Part shown: positions 50,615-60,365 of the stretch, one piece after another | Layout of the letters: each line of letters begins with the position of its first letter | Position numbering within the stretch: position 1 is the stretch's first letter | NCBI GenBank assembly: GCA_963823035.1 | Contig: CAWGKG010000014.1 | Coordinates: 192,001-256,000 of the forward strand | DNA length: 64,000 nucleotides | Direction of reading: 5' to 3' | From: an uncultured Gemmatimonadales bacterium | Lineage (GTDB): Bacteria; Gemmatimonadota; Gemmatimonadetes; Longimicrobiales; Gaopeijiaceae | Program-made: the position numbers and the translations under genes | Notes under the pieces: model-generated | What the model was told of the DNA's origin: nothing | What the model saw: only the letters and a program-made list of their open reading frames with translations | The model's database searches: none

Positions 50615-53600
50615 TCAGAAGTACGCCGTCATCCCGAGGCGGACCCTGCGCGGGGACACGCGCGCGAGGGGCGACTGGTACCAGGTTCCTGCCCACGCCC
50701 TGCGGAAGGGCGTATCGATGGCGTCGAAGAAGTAGTAGGAGCGGGTGCCGTGGTTCACCATCGTCTGGACCTCGGTCAGCGCCTTGCTCCCGCCGACGTT
50801 GAAGACGTCCAGCGCCACGCCCAGATCGAACGACGGAAGTTCGAAGACCCGCTCCAGGCGCAGGTCGAGACTACCGCGCCCCGCCATCTGGGGTGCGCCG
50901 CGGGGGCCGATGAAGATGTCGTTGCCCTCGATCGCCTCGAAGAACGAGAGGGGTAGGGGCTGGCCTCCGAAGTCCAGCTTGCACGCCGGATCCGCGGGGC
51001 TGCACGGGTAGAAGGCCTCCACGTTGGCCCGGTACCCGTAGAGGGAGTTCTGCCCGGAGACGCGGAACGTGGGCGCGTAGTGGTCTCCGCTCCGCAAGGT
51101 CCAGAACGCCCCGCCCCGGAGCTTCCACGGGAGCACTCCCCAGGCGGAGACCTTGAGCTCGTTGTCGGAGTAATTGGGGAGCTTGCCGTAGTCGTTGATG
51201 GACTCATTGACGCGCACGTACGGCCCGGGACTGTACTCCGACGGGTCGGCGTAGCTGCTGACGTTGTCGAGGTTGCCCTCCAGGCTCGTGAACACCGCGG
51301 AGATCGACCCGCCCCATCGGGGCCGGGCAAACTTGAACTGGAGCTGGACCTGCCCGAAGGTGCGCTGGGCGTCGGGGGCGTTGGTGAGGACGTAGTCCGG
51401 GTTCCAGGACAGGCCCAGGGTGTCGGCGAACGTCATCCCGGGGGGCGGGCCGCACGCGTCCGGGTGGGCGGCGCAGTAGCGCATCTCCTGGAGCACGACA
51501 TCGTTGGGAATGAACACCTCGGGCATGTAGACCGTGGCGCCGTTGAAGGGCAGCGCCGGCCCGCTCGCCGCCCCCTGGTGCACGCGCACCCGTGAGAACC
51601 GGGTGTAGTTCGTGTCCCGGTTCCGATCCACCAACGCGATCATGTCGTGGTTGGCGCGCCGCGTGTAGAGCGCCTCGAACTGCGCGGACGTACCGAACTG
51701 CTTCTGGATCCCCACGAGCCACTGGTCGACGTAGGGTTGGTGGTAGTCCACCACCGGGCCCGTCGCGTTGAGGCCCACCACGCTCTCGCGGGTGAAGAGA
51801 CCCTGCTCCGCAAGGGCGTCGCGCTCCGCCTCGGTGAACGTCGCAGAGGGGTCCGCCACCGGGGGACCGCGGTAGTACCAGGTCTCCTGGTCGGTGAACA
51901 CGTCCGAGCCGCCGGCGCGGTCGAACATCTGGGCGATCATGTCCTGGTGGTAGCGGCCCCAGTGCCCCTTGAGGATCCACGTCCCGTCGTCGCTGAGCTG
52001 GAACGTCGCTCCCAGGCGCGCGTCCAGCGCCTGGTCCTCGACCGCCCGGAAGCGTGCCCCGCTGCGCGGCGTGAGCCACCCCTCCCACGCGCTCCACCGC
52101 AGGCCGGGCGAAAGCACCAGGCGCCCCAGGGAGAGCGAGAGCTGGGCAAAGGCCGCCGCGTTCCTCACGTCGGCGTCCAGGTTCACCTCGCCGCCCCATT
52201 CGGTGGGCACGTAGCCCCCCTCCGCGACCGGCCAGGTAGCGGGGTCCGTGGGCTCGAAGCCGTCCTGGAGCACGGGCGTCCAGGTCATGCCGCCGTTCCG
52301 CTTCCGCTGATCCAGGAAGCTCCCCCGCGTATACTGCGCCCCGAACTTGAGCAGGTGCTGCTGCTCACCGGTGCGGAAGTGGACCGAGGTCATCACCGTG
52401 GCCGACGTGCTGGACGGAGCGCTCCGGCGCGTGAGGTCGGCGTTGGCGAAGGTCGTGTACGGCGGGATGAGCGAGAAGAGCTGGACGCCCGGCACATCCG
52501 CGCCTCCGTAGGGGTCCGTTCGCTCGTCGCGCCCGAAGTGGTTCACCCGGGCCTCCAGCACCGCGCGGCTGCCCAGGGAGCGCCGCCAGGAGACGTTTGC
52601 GAACCAGGTCGGAGCACGGTACCGGGCCGCGGCACCGGGGGCCTCGTAGCCGGTCATGCCGTAGTTGTCCGCCCGCGTGCCCAGGAAGGCGGCCGACACA
52701 TCGAGCTCGTCGGCCGGGCTCGGCGTCCAGGTGAGCTTGCCCAGCACCTTCTCGTCGGTGCGCTGCTCCAGGACCGGCGAGTAGCGGCCGTCGAAGTCCA
52801 CGTGGTTCAGGAAGCGCGCGCTCCGGTCCACGTACGAGCCCCCCAGGTAGTAGAAGAGGCGGTCCGGGACGAAGGCGCCGCGCACCTCGCCCTCCAGGTC
52901 GTAGCGGTCCTTGACCTCCGAGCCGATCTCCGACGACACGAGGTTCGAGGCGGTGAGGGCGTCGTTGGACAGCGTGCTGCGGAGCATGGCGGAGAACTCG
53001 TTGCTCCCGCTCTTCGTGACCATGTCGACCTGGCCGCCCTGGAAGCCGCCGTACTCGGCGTCGGCGCCCAGGCCGCGCACCTCGACCCGCTCCACCCACA
53101 GGGGGCTGGGCTCGATCATGGCGCCGCCGAGACCCGGGTGGTTCGCCGCCAGCCCGTCGATCTGGTAGCTGTTGGCCTGGAAGTTGGCGCCGCCCCATAC
53201 GTGCTCGGCCCGGGCGCCGGGCGTCAGGGCTACGAGCTCGGCGGGGTCGTAGGGCACCGGGAGCAGCTCCATCGCCGTCGCGCCCACCGTCGTACCGAAG
53301 TCGGTGTTCTCCCGCTGGATCTGGATGCGGTCGGTGCGCACGGAGAGGCCCTCGATCTCCACCGCCACCTCCTCCAGCTCGACCGTCACGGCCTGCGCCC
53401 CGCCCTCCGCGACCACGACGGTCGCGTCCGGGGGCGCTCGGTAGCCGATGATCTCGACGTGCACGCCGTACGTGCCCGCCGCCATGCCGACGAAGCGGGC
53501 CGCGCCGGAGACGTCCGTCGCGGCACCGCGCGCGGCCCGCGCACCCGACAGGAGCTGGACGGACGCGTTGACCACCGGGCGACCCTTGGCCGTGACGCGC

Positions 53601-53686
53601 ACCAGGATCGAGGCGCTCTGGGCGCTCAGCGGCGACGGCCGGGGCAGGAGGAGCAGGAGGAGAAGGAGAACCGGAGCGAAGCGCAT
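50615..53686 (-). CDS. TonB-dependent receptor with N-terminal carboxypeptidase-regulatory-like domain
   Basis: Signal peptide, plug motif AEYGGFQGG..VTKSGSN, C-terminal Phe. Confidence 0.9.
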   Translation of the reverse strand: MRFAPVLLLLLLLLPRPSPLSAQSASILVRVTAKGRPVVNASVQLLSGARAARGAATDVSGAARFVGMAAGTYGVHVEIIGYRAPPDATVVVAEGGAQAVTVELEEVAVEIEGLSVRTDRIQIQRENTDFGTTVGATAMELLPVPYDPAELVALTPGARAEHVWGGANFQANSYQIDGLAANHPGLGGAMIEPSPLWVERVEVRGLGADAEYGGFQGGQVDMVTKSGSNEFSAMLRSTLSNDALTASNLVSSEIGSEVKDRYDLEGEVRGAFVPDRLFYYLGGSYVDRSARFLNHVDFDGRYSPVLEQRTDEKVLGKLTWTPSPADELDVSAAFLGTRADNYGMTGYEAPGAAARYRAPTWFANVSWRRSLGSRAVLEARVNHFGRDERTDPYGGADVPGVQLFSLIPPYTTFANADLTRRSAPSSTSATVMTSVHFRTGEQQHLLKFGAQYTRGSFLDQRKRNGGMTWTPVLQDGFEPTDPATWPVAEGGYVPTEWGGEVNLDADVRNAAAFAQLSLSLGRLVLSPGLRWSAWEGWLTPRSGARFRAVEDQALDARLGATFQLSDDGTWILKGHWGRYHQDMIAQMFDRAGGSDVFTDQETWYYRGPPVADPSATFTEAERDALAEQGLFTRESVVGLNATGPVVDYHQPYVDQWLVGIQKQFGTSAQFEALYTRRANHDMIALVDRNRDTNYTRFSRVRVHQGAASGPALPFNGATVYMPEVFIPNDVVLQEMRYCAAHPDACGPPPGMTFADTLGLSWNPDYVLTNAPDAQRTFGQVQLQFKFARPRWGGSISAVFTSLEGNLDNVSSYADPSEYSPGPYVRVNESINDYGKLPNYSDNELKVSAWGVLPWKLRGGAFWTLRSGDHYAPTFRVSGQNSLYGYRANVEAFYPCSPADPACKLDFGGQPLPLSFFEAIEGNDIFIGPRGAPQMAGRGSLDLRLERVFELPSFDLGVALDVFNVGGSKALTEVQTMVNHGTRSYYFFDAIDTPFRRAWAGTWYQSPLARVSPRRVRLGMTAYF

Positions 53687-54103
53687 TCGGCGGGATGGCG
53701 GCATCGATCGATGGCATCCTGGAAGAGACAGGAGGACCGGGCCTTGCTCCGGCGTTCAGGAGCGGGCAGTGCAGGATGCATGCCCCGCCGGACACCGCGT
53801 CATCGCGTCCTCCGAGGCTCCCGCCGTCCGCCTCGTGGGACGCCGGATTGTACCGCCTGAGGGACAGTCGGGCCCGTCCCGGATCCCCTTCCCCACCTAT
53901 CCTTCCCCGAGTATGACCGCATACTCCACCATGATCATCCCCTGAAGCTCTCTTTCATGCTCCGGCCGACCTCGTACGTACGTCGCCCCATCAGGAACGT
54001 ATCGAACTGGGCATGCAGGCCGGCCACGCTTGTCATATGCTGCCGCGGCTGTCCTCCGCCTCACCCATTCGTACCGCAACCACGGACTTTGGGGGCTCTC
54101 CCG

Positions 54104-54520
54104 TCAACGCGGTCCTTGCCATGGATCGTAGGTTCCCACGCTCCACAACCGGGCCTCCGGGTCCCGGCACGTGAAGCCTCTTCCGCCATAGCTCGCATCG
54201 TCGAGCTCAATCACAATCTCTGCACCGAGCTTCTTGGCTCGTGCGTACACCTCGTCTGCGTCGTCCACCCTCAGATACACGTTGCGCGTCTCCGCGCCAC
54301 CAATCTCAGCGGGCTGCTTGATCAATGGAGCAAATGGAGTGTCGTTCAGTGACGCCACGAAGATCATGCCCCCGCCGAGTTTGAGCTCCGCATGCGCCAC
54401 CGTGCCATTCGGCCCTTCGTACACGGCATGTCGCTCGAAACCAAACGACGAGCAAAGCCATTCAATCGCCGCATGCGCGTCACGATACCGATGTCCACAC
54501 ATCACCGAACTGTGGCTCAT
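54104..54520 (-). CDS. VOC/glyoxalase family protein (probable cassette gene)
   Basis: YRDAHAAIEWL...HAEL...VDDAD...YGGRGF.CRDPE..W. Confidence 0.9.
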   Translation of the reverse strand: MSHSSVMCGHRYRDAHAAIEWLCSSFGFERHAVYEGPNGTVAHAELKLGGGMIFVASLNDTPFAPLIKQPAEIGGAETRNVYLRVDDADEVYARAKKLGAEIVIELDDASYGGRGFTCRDPEARLWSVGTYDPWQGPR

Positions 54521-54748
54521 CCTTTCCCCCACGGCTTGAGTTCTCCCGACAAGCCTCCGAGGCACAGGTCTCTTGTCTTCCGGCCGAGCTCTGTCGCGAT
54601 CGGCCCCTCGGTTCTCCTGGCTACCTGTTGAAGCGCTTGCACACAACGTTCCACGTTCACTCGACGCATCGAAAGCCGTCTGTACCGCGACGAGCGAAGA
54701 GCAGCCGATCGATCCTTGCACGATGTTCGTGTGGTGGGGTTCAATTGC

Positions 54749-54847
54749 AGATAACGTTCAAAGTTGCCGACGTGCCGAAGGCATGTCCCGGAGCGAAGCG
54801 GAGGGCAAGGGCGCGCCAGCGCCCGCCGCGGCAACTGTTTGTTGGAC
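54749..54847 (-). repeat. attC site 1 (R'' end supplied by the inserted element)
   Basis: GTCCAAC-AAAC-AGTTGCCG ... CGGCAACT-TTGAAC-GTTATCT. Confidence 0.85.
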
Positions 54848-55663
54848 TCAATCCGCCTGACGGCGGATAGGCCGCCCATTTTGACGCGCAGTTGAGCGGC
54901 GTAACGGGACGGAGGAACCTCTCTCCTCGTGGGACTCACCCTGTCGAGGAGGGAGCCATGACTCCGTTGCGCCGTCGCATGATCCAGGATCTCACGCTTG
55001 CCGGCTACGCCGACAACACCGTCCGAGCCTACGTCCGGGCCGTCGCCCAGCTCGCGGCCTTCTACGGCCGCTCGCCCGCCGAGCTCTCCGAGGAGGACAT
55101 CCGCCGCTACTTCCTCGACCTGGCGACGGTCAGGAAGGTCGCCCGTAGCACCCACACCATCGCGTTGTGTGGCATCAAGTTCTTCTACGAGCAGACGCTC
55201 GGGCGCACGTGGAGGGTCTTCGACGTCGCCCGGCCCAAGAAGTCCAAGAAGCTCCCCGTCGTTCTCAGCCGCGACGAGGTCTGGAAGATCTTCGCCCAGG
55301 TCCGCAATCCCAACTTCCGCGTCTGCCTCCTCACCATCTACTCCTGCGGGCTCCGCTGTCTCGAGGGCGCCCACCTCCGGGTCGAGCACATCGACGGCGG
55401 GCGCGCCATGCTCCGTGTCACGGGCAAGGGCGGCAGGGACCGCTGCGTGCCCCTGCCCGACGCCTCCCTCGAGATCCTGCGCCAGCACTGGCGCACCCAC
55501 AAGGATCCGGCCTGGCTCTTCCCGACCACCCACCGCCACAGCTCCCCTTCGGCCTCCATCAACGGCTCCGTCCCGATCACACCGGACATCCCAACTGCCA
55601 GCTCGGATTCAGTCCAACGACAGATTCTCGCCGCGGCTTCGCGCGGCAAGAATCTCTACTTCG
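54842..55663 (+). mobile_element. inverted, internally deleted recombinase element with its own attC-like end
   Basis: Starts G|TTGGAC, ends GTCCAAC-hairpin-G|TT; its removal restores TCATAAC-AAAC-AGTTGCCG attC. Confidence 0.75.
54958..55530 (+). pseudogene. truncated tyrosine recombinase (N-terminal SAM-like domain; type often paired with IS91 transposases)
   Basis: MTPLRRRMIQDL...LPVVLS...YSCGLR...GKGGRDR...WLFP, then no HxLRH or catalytic Tyr (ORF runs on to 55716). Confidence 0.85.
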
Positions 55664-55669
55664 TTATGA
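55612..55669 (+). repeat. short attC-like site in opposite orientation
   Basis: GTCCAAC-GAC-AGATTCT-C-GCCGCG-loop-CGCGGC-A-AGAATCT-CTACTTC-GTTATGA, 58 bp. Confidence 0.75.
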
Positions 55670-55690
55670 GATGCGCCCCTCCCGACGCGT

Positions 55691-56812
55691 TCACTGACCT
55701 CGGAAGCGAAGCCTGACAACTCTCTGCACGCCCAAAGAGTCCGTCGAGATCCCGAGTGCCGAGTTCTCGCCAACCCAAGCGGGGTAGTTCAGCCGTACGG
55801 AAGCTGGCCAGACTCGTCTCTCAACAAGCGATCCGTCACCCCCGTAGACATCAGCGCGCCGGTCGGAACCCTCCGGCACATTCAGCTCTACCCACAGCCG
55901 ACCCAGGTCGTCAAAGAACAAGGCTCCTAACGGTGTCTTGTTCTCAGGCACCTCAGGATAGTCGGAAGGTCTTCCACCCCCTCGCGCCACATACTCTTCT
56001 AGTCGCTCCTCTGCCCTCTCGCGCTCTGCTGCCGAAAGCGGCGGACCGTCGTGTGACGGGCCGAGGATCTGCACGGACTCCATGCCGCGCCGCAGAGTGA
56101 CGGCGTACTGCCCGCTAACTGCTGTAGCCCACCTCCCGCCAGGTCCGTGAGCCACTAGTGACAGGGGCCCGTTCGGCTGAGGGAAGTAGTACCGAGACAT
56201 GCCTCCAGGGACGGCTTGCTCCTTCACCGTCGTCCCCAACTGTTCTGGCGAGGGCTCCTCAACCAACACCTGGTCCTGGACGGTTCCATCCTGCGTTACG
56301 GTGAATCTCCAAAGGCCGAGCGTGCCGTCAGAACCTGTGTGGTGTCCAACGTCGATCAGCAATCCGTCGATTCCGAAGGTGATCGGGGCGTATAGCCCGC
56401 CGTCAAAGTGGTTCATGCGCACCGTTACCGGATCGGCCTCGGGCCCTCCGTCTACGTCGACACCTTGGTACCGACGATTCTGGCTGTCGCGGATCCACAG
56501 ACGACCGCCGGGACCGAACGCGATGCAACACGGCCACACGAACTCCCCTGGCCCCTCACCCTCTCGGCCGATGGACTTCTGGAAGGTCCCGTCCTGGTCG
56601 AACACACGAATGACGTGTTGCTGGGCATCACTCACGAAGATCCGACCGTCCGGTCCTTCTGCAAGCCCCGAGACTCTCCCAAACGCGTACTCGCTTGGGC
56701 CATCAAGGACACCAATCTCCAGGTCCGGGAATCCTATTCGCTCCGGTACGTCGGACACAGCAACGCGCTCACCCCCGGCACAAGCCGCAAAGGTGACAGC
56801 AACCCCCATCAC
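55691..56812 (-). CDS. 6-bladed beta-propeller (NHL-like) lipoprotein, cassette gene; start uncertain
   Basis: FAAC lipobox; GRIFVSD...IRVFD..G...IGREGEGPGEF. Confidence 0.85.
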   Translation of the reverse strand: MMGVAVTFAACAGGERVAVSDVPERIGFPDLEIGVLDGPSEYAFGRVSGLAEGPDGRIFVSDAQQHVIRVFDQDGTFQKSIGREGEGPGEFVWPCCIAFGPGGRLWIRDSQNRRYQGVDVDGGPEADPVTVRMNHFDGGLYAPITFGIDGLLIDVGHHTGSDGTLGLWRFTVTQDGTVQDQVLVEEPSPEQLGTTVKEQAVPGGMSRYYFPQPNGPLSLVAHGPGGRWATAVSGQYAVTLRRGMESVQILGPSHDGPPLSAAERERAEERLEEYVARGGGRPSDYPEVPENKTPLGALFFDDLGRLWVELNVPEGSDRRADVYGGDGSLVERRVWPASVRLNYPAWVGENSALGISTDSLGVQRVVRLRFRGQ

Positions 56813-56852
56813 GAACCTTCGAATGACTCCACCCTCCCCTCTGAGGCGTTTC

Positions 56853-56984
56853 TCATAACGTTCTAAGTCTCTGACGCCCGCCGGAGGGCGCGCCGCTTGC
56901 GCATGCAAGCGGCGTGACCGCAGAGCGGGTGTCCCGAAGGGCCGCGACCGCGTAGCGGGCGCGAGCAGAGACTGGTTGTTAGCA
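56853..56984 (-). repeat. attC site 2
   Basis: TGCTAAC-AACC-AGTCTCTG-(CTC)-GCGCCCGC ... GCGGGCGT-CAGAGACT-TAGAAC-GTTATGA. Confidence 0.9.
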
Positions 56985-57074
56985 GAAGTCGGTGCCCACA
57001 TGTCCACACTACACGCAGTTGCCTACGCCCACAGCTCCCGGCGCTCTCCCTCGACTCCCCAACAGCCGTGGCAC

Positions 57075-57980
57075 CTAGGACCCCATCCCGGACGACTCAC
57101 TTCGCCCTGCCGGGCCTTGCCCTGGACTCAGGACGCCGGTGGCAAAATCACGAATGAGGTCCGCAACGGCTTCGGGATTCTCGGCGTTCATGTTGTGGCC
57201 GGTCCGATCGAGGCGGACAAAGCCACCGCGAGAGGATCTAGCAGCGAGCGACTCGCTCTCTCCTATCCAGAACGCCTGATACACAGACGCTGAGTCACCG
57301 AACGCAGGGTTGGCGCGACCGGCCGCGATGACGAGGACGGGAAGGTCGCCGAACGACGCAATGGCACTCACCGCCGCGCCCTCCTGGAGCATGCCCATGT
57401 GCTCCGAGGCCATCGCGGCGATCAAGCGCCCCTGAGGCGAGAGGGGATCTGCCGCCGCTGATTGCGCTTGGAGTTCCGCACCCGCCGCCTCGGCCATATC
57501 CCAGAGCCCATGAAAACGCTCACCCGCCAGCCACGCCCGAGGCGGAGGATCCAGCAAGATCATCCCTGCGACAAGCTCCGGGAACGCCCGCCAAAAGGCG
57601 AGCGCGTTGAGGCCACCGATGGAATGGCCAACGAGGATGATCGGCCCCTCTAGGTCTAGGTGAGCAGCGCCAATCAAGCGCGCTAGATCCTCGGCATTTC
57701 GCTGGGGGGTCCGCGGTTCCGGTCCAGCGCTGCTATCTCCATAGCCGGCCCGGTCGAACGTACATACCGAGAGGCCATTGAGGCGGCGAGTGACCTCCTG
57801 CCATGACGCTGAAGACTCACCAAGCCCGGCGTCAATGACTATTCGGGGAGGCGTACCGCCGGAACAGGAGAGTGCAAGTGTGTGATCGCCCACCGAGAAT
57901 ATCCCGCTGCGCGGGGGCAGCTCTGGGGTCGTTTGGCACCCCAGTGCGCCGACCAAGACCAACACTGACAGTCGGTACAT
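57075..57980 (-). CDS. alpha/beta hydrolase lipoprotein, cassette gene
   Basis: AGGAG RBS; LGC lipobox; FDRAGYG, GHSIGG, TGH. Confidence 0.9.
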   Translation of the reverse strand: MYRLSVLVLVGALGCQTTPELPPRSGIFSVGDHTLALSCSGGTPPRIVIDAGLGESSASWQEVTRRLNGLSVCTFDRAGYGDSSAGPEPRTPQRNAEDLARLIGAAHLDLEGPIILVGHSIGGLNALAFWRAFPELVAGMILLDPPPRAWLAGERFHGLWDMAEAAGAELQAQSAAADPLSPQGRLIAAMASEHMGMLQEGAAVSAIASFGDLPVLVIAAGRANPAFGDSASVYQAFWIGESESLAARSSRGGFVRLDRTGHNMNAENPEAVADLIRDFATGVLSPGQGPAGRSESSGMGS

Positions 57981-58044
57981 CAGCACTCCTGAAATGAGCC
58001 GCCCAACCCAAGAGTCAGTCCTCTCCAACAGCCGTTCCGATTTC

Positions 58045-58185
58045 CGATAACGTTCTAAAGTTGCGACGCCGGCGCTTCCTCACGCCCCGACGAGGCTACA
58101 CTCTTCGATACTCACACGCACGCCTCCAGACTCCGCCATGTGTGCGCCGGTGTTCCCCGGAGCCGCGCGTAGCGCGGCGTAGGCG
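58045..58185 (-). repeat. attC site 3, distal part (split by intron)
   Basis: ...CGGCGT-CGCAACTT-TAGAAC-GTTATCG; pairs with 60229-60245 after intron removal. Confidence 0.85.
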
Positions 58186-60228
58186 GTCGAGTAGCCCGGG
58201 TGGTTGCCCACCCGGGCCCTCCCGGAACCGAGCAAGGAGATTTCCACCACTCGGCTCTTCCGTTGTGCAGTCTCACGGAGCCCGGGCCCAGATTTGTACG
58301 GTGATTCTGGGTGGCGGGAGCGGATGCGCCTTTAGATAGGCATCGAACCGCTCCCAGGTCAGGCGCCGTCCGCGTTGACTTCGGCGCCGAAGCCACGTCA
58401 TCCACAAGCGCCGGGTCCGATACTGCACCCGTGCCAGGCTTCGGAAGTTGCCGTTCACACCAAAGTACTGAAAATGTCCACGCAGCCGCCTGCTGAGCGC
58501 GGCGTGCTGTTCCTTGAGCGGCAGGTGCCGGTGGCGCCGACACCAGTCGCCGAGGGCCAGGAGGGCCCTCTGGATGCGCGCCTTGCGTGTCTTCATGCCC
58601 GGTCGCCACCCTCCTCGGCGGTCCTTGCACCAATACATCGTGAAGCCAAGAAAGTCGAACGTGCCGGGTCCGGTCCCGCGGCTCTGCCCTACCTGCGGCC
58701 TCGCGAACGGGATCAGACGGGTCTTGTCGGGGTGCAGCGTGAGACCGTACTTCGCCATGCGCTTGTGCAGAACCTTCAACACTCGCTCGGCGTCATCTTG
58801 CCTCTCGAAGCCAATCACAAAATCATCGGCGTACCGAATCAGTCGTGCGTGCCCCTTGAGGCGTGGCTTGATGTCGCGCTCGAACCAGACGTCGAGCGCG
58901 TAGTGCAGGCACACGTTTCCGAACATCGGCGAGATGATCGACCCCTGTGCGGTACCCTCGTCCGGCGCGCTGAACTCCTCGCCGTCGAGGACCCCCACGT
59001 GAAGACATTTGCCGAGCAGCCGCATGAGCGGCCCATCGGCCACCCGGATCTGGAGTAGCTCCAACAGCCTCTTACGGTCGATGCTGTCGAAGAACGCCTG
59101 GATATCGGCCTCCAGTACCACCGCGATTCCTTCTCGGGACACCATCCGGTTCACAGCTCGAAGCGCGTCGTGGGCACTGCGTCCTGGCCGGAACCCGTAC
59201 GAGCATTCCAGGAAGTCTTGTTCGTAGACCGCCTCCAGAGCCTCCCGCAGCGCGCCCTGCACGATCTTGTCCTCCACCCTGGAGATACCGATCGGCCGCG
59301 TCTTGCCGTTCGCCTTCGGGATGTGCACCCGTCGGATCGGCTGATGCCGGTACCGCATCGTCCTCAGCCGCTCGTGCAGGTCCTTCAGATTCTCCTCAAG
59401 GTCCTGCCCGTACTGCTCCTTCGTGGTACCATCGACCCCCACGGCCGCGTCCTTACGGATGCGCCGGAAGGCCCGTCCCAGCGCCTCCTCGTCCAGCAGG
59501 TGCGCCAACGAGTTGAACCGTGCGTCCGGGTCTCGCTTTGCTCTCTCCGCTACCTTCAGAAGTCCCGGTGACATGAGGGGTCCTCAGTCTGTGCATAAGG
59601 TCATGTTTCCCTCCTGAAGCCCTGCCCAACACTGGCCGCCTTTGCTCCGCTGGGTCCCGGTGCCTCGCCGGTTCCCCACCTTCATCGCTCGTACGCGGCC
59701 ATCCGACTCCCCTGTCGCTTCGGCACGCCTCCGGTCTTCCCTCGGCCGTGCCTTACCATTTGCTCAAGCGTGGGTTCTGTGCCTTCCGGCATCGCTGCCT
59801 CGCAGGCCGGCCGCCGGACCGCTTGATGCCGACGGCGCGTCGGAGGGGGTCTCCGGTCCTCCGTTGCCCGGACTCCCGAATGGACTTCAGGGGTCTCCCA
59901 GGTTACCGGGCCATCCTCTTCGGCCGCGCCACGGTCGTCCACCCCGCCGGTCCCCTTCGGCTCGCCTTTGCGCCTCCGGAGTGCTGCTTTCAGGGAAGTT
60001 GAACCCTTGAGCATCCTGGGAGTCTACAAATTTCGGGGCTGCATTCCCGCGGCTCACCCGCTCGCCTGACTACGCATCAACCGCCGCCTCACGGCGTCGG
60101 CTGCAAGCCTGGCTACCAGCCTGCCGGCTACGCTTTGGCTGGGTGGGTTTCGCACCCACCGGATGGCTCTTCAGAGTTTCGGCGCTCTATCCTCACCTCC
60201 CCCCTGACCGGCATTGCCTGGTCGCTTC
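58186..60228 (-). mobile_element. group II intron inserted in attC3
   Basis: D5 GAGCCGAGT...GCTCGGTTC, D6 with bulged A, 3' end CTCGAC; EBS1 CAACTT complementary to the 5' exon AAGTTG. Confidence 0.92.
58273..59574 (-). CDS. ltrA: group II intron reverse transcriptase/maturase (no endonuclease domain)
   Basis: GVDG, IPKANGKTRPIG, SYGFRPGRSAH, QGSIISP, RYADD, FDFLGF, X domain. Confidence 0.97.
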   Translation of the reverse strand: MSPGLLKVAERAKRDPDARFNSLAHLLDEEALGRAFRRIRKDAAVGVDGTTKEQYGQDLEENLKDLHERLRTMRYRHQPIRRVHIPKANGKTRPIGISRVEDKIVQGALREALEAVYEQDFLECSYGFRPGRSAHDALRAVNRMVSREGIAVVLEADIQAFFDSIDRKRLLELLQIRVADGPLMRLLGKCLHVGVLDGEEFSAPDEGTAQGSIISPMFGNVCLHYALDVWFERDIKPRLKGHARLIRYADDFVIGFERQDDAERVLKVLHKRMAKYGLTLHPDKTRLIPFARPQVGQSRGTGPGTFDFLGFTMYWCKDRRGGWRPGMKTRKARIQRALLALGDWCRRHRHLPLKEQHAALSRRLRGHFQYFGVNGNFRSLARVQYRTRRLWMTWLRRRSQRGRRLTWERFDAYLKAHPLPPPRITVQIWARAP

Positions 60229-60245
60229 CAACTTGTTTGTTACAC
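60229..60245 (-). repeat. attC site 3, proximal part (R'' and start of L'')
   Basis: GTGTAAC-AAAC-AAGTTG. Confidence 0.85.
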
Positions 60246-60365
60246 GGCGTTGTCCACCTCGCGCTCACTCACACCACACTCGTTGAGGAGGCTTCGTAAC
60301 AAGGCCCCCACGAGAGATGAAGCATTCACCAAGACCCGATCAACGTATTCTCTCCCCCGGTCGGA

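Noticed and set aside
53897..53940. MVEYAVILGEG fragment resembling a HicB or Flp pilin N-terminus
   Set aside because: Only about 11 codons before a stop; not supportable
54892..55716. Calling the recombinase the integron integrase IntI
   Set aside because: It lies inside the array, resembles the small IS91-associated type, and is truncated before the region holding the IntI-specific insertion and catalytic Tyr
58273..59574. Retron, DGR or defence-associated RT
   Set aside because: Has maturase X domain, D5/D6 RNA and EBS/IBS pairing, so it is a group II intron
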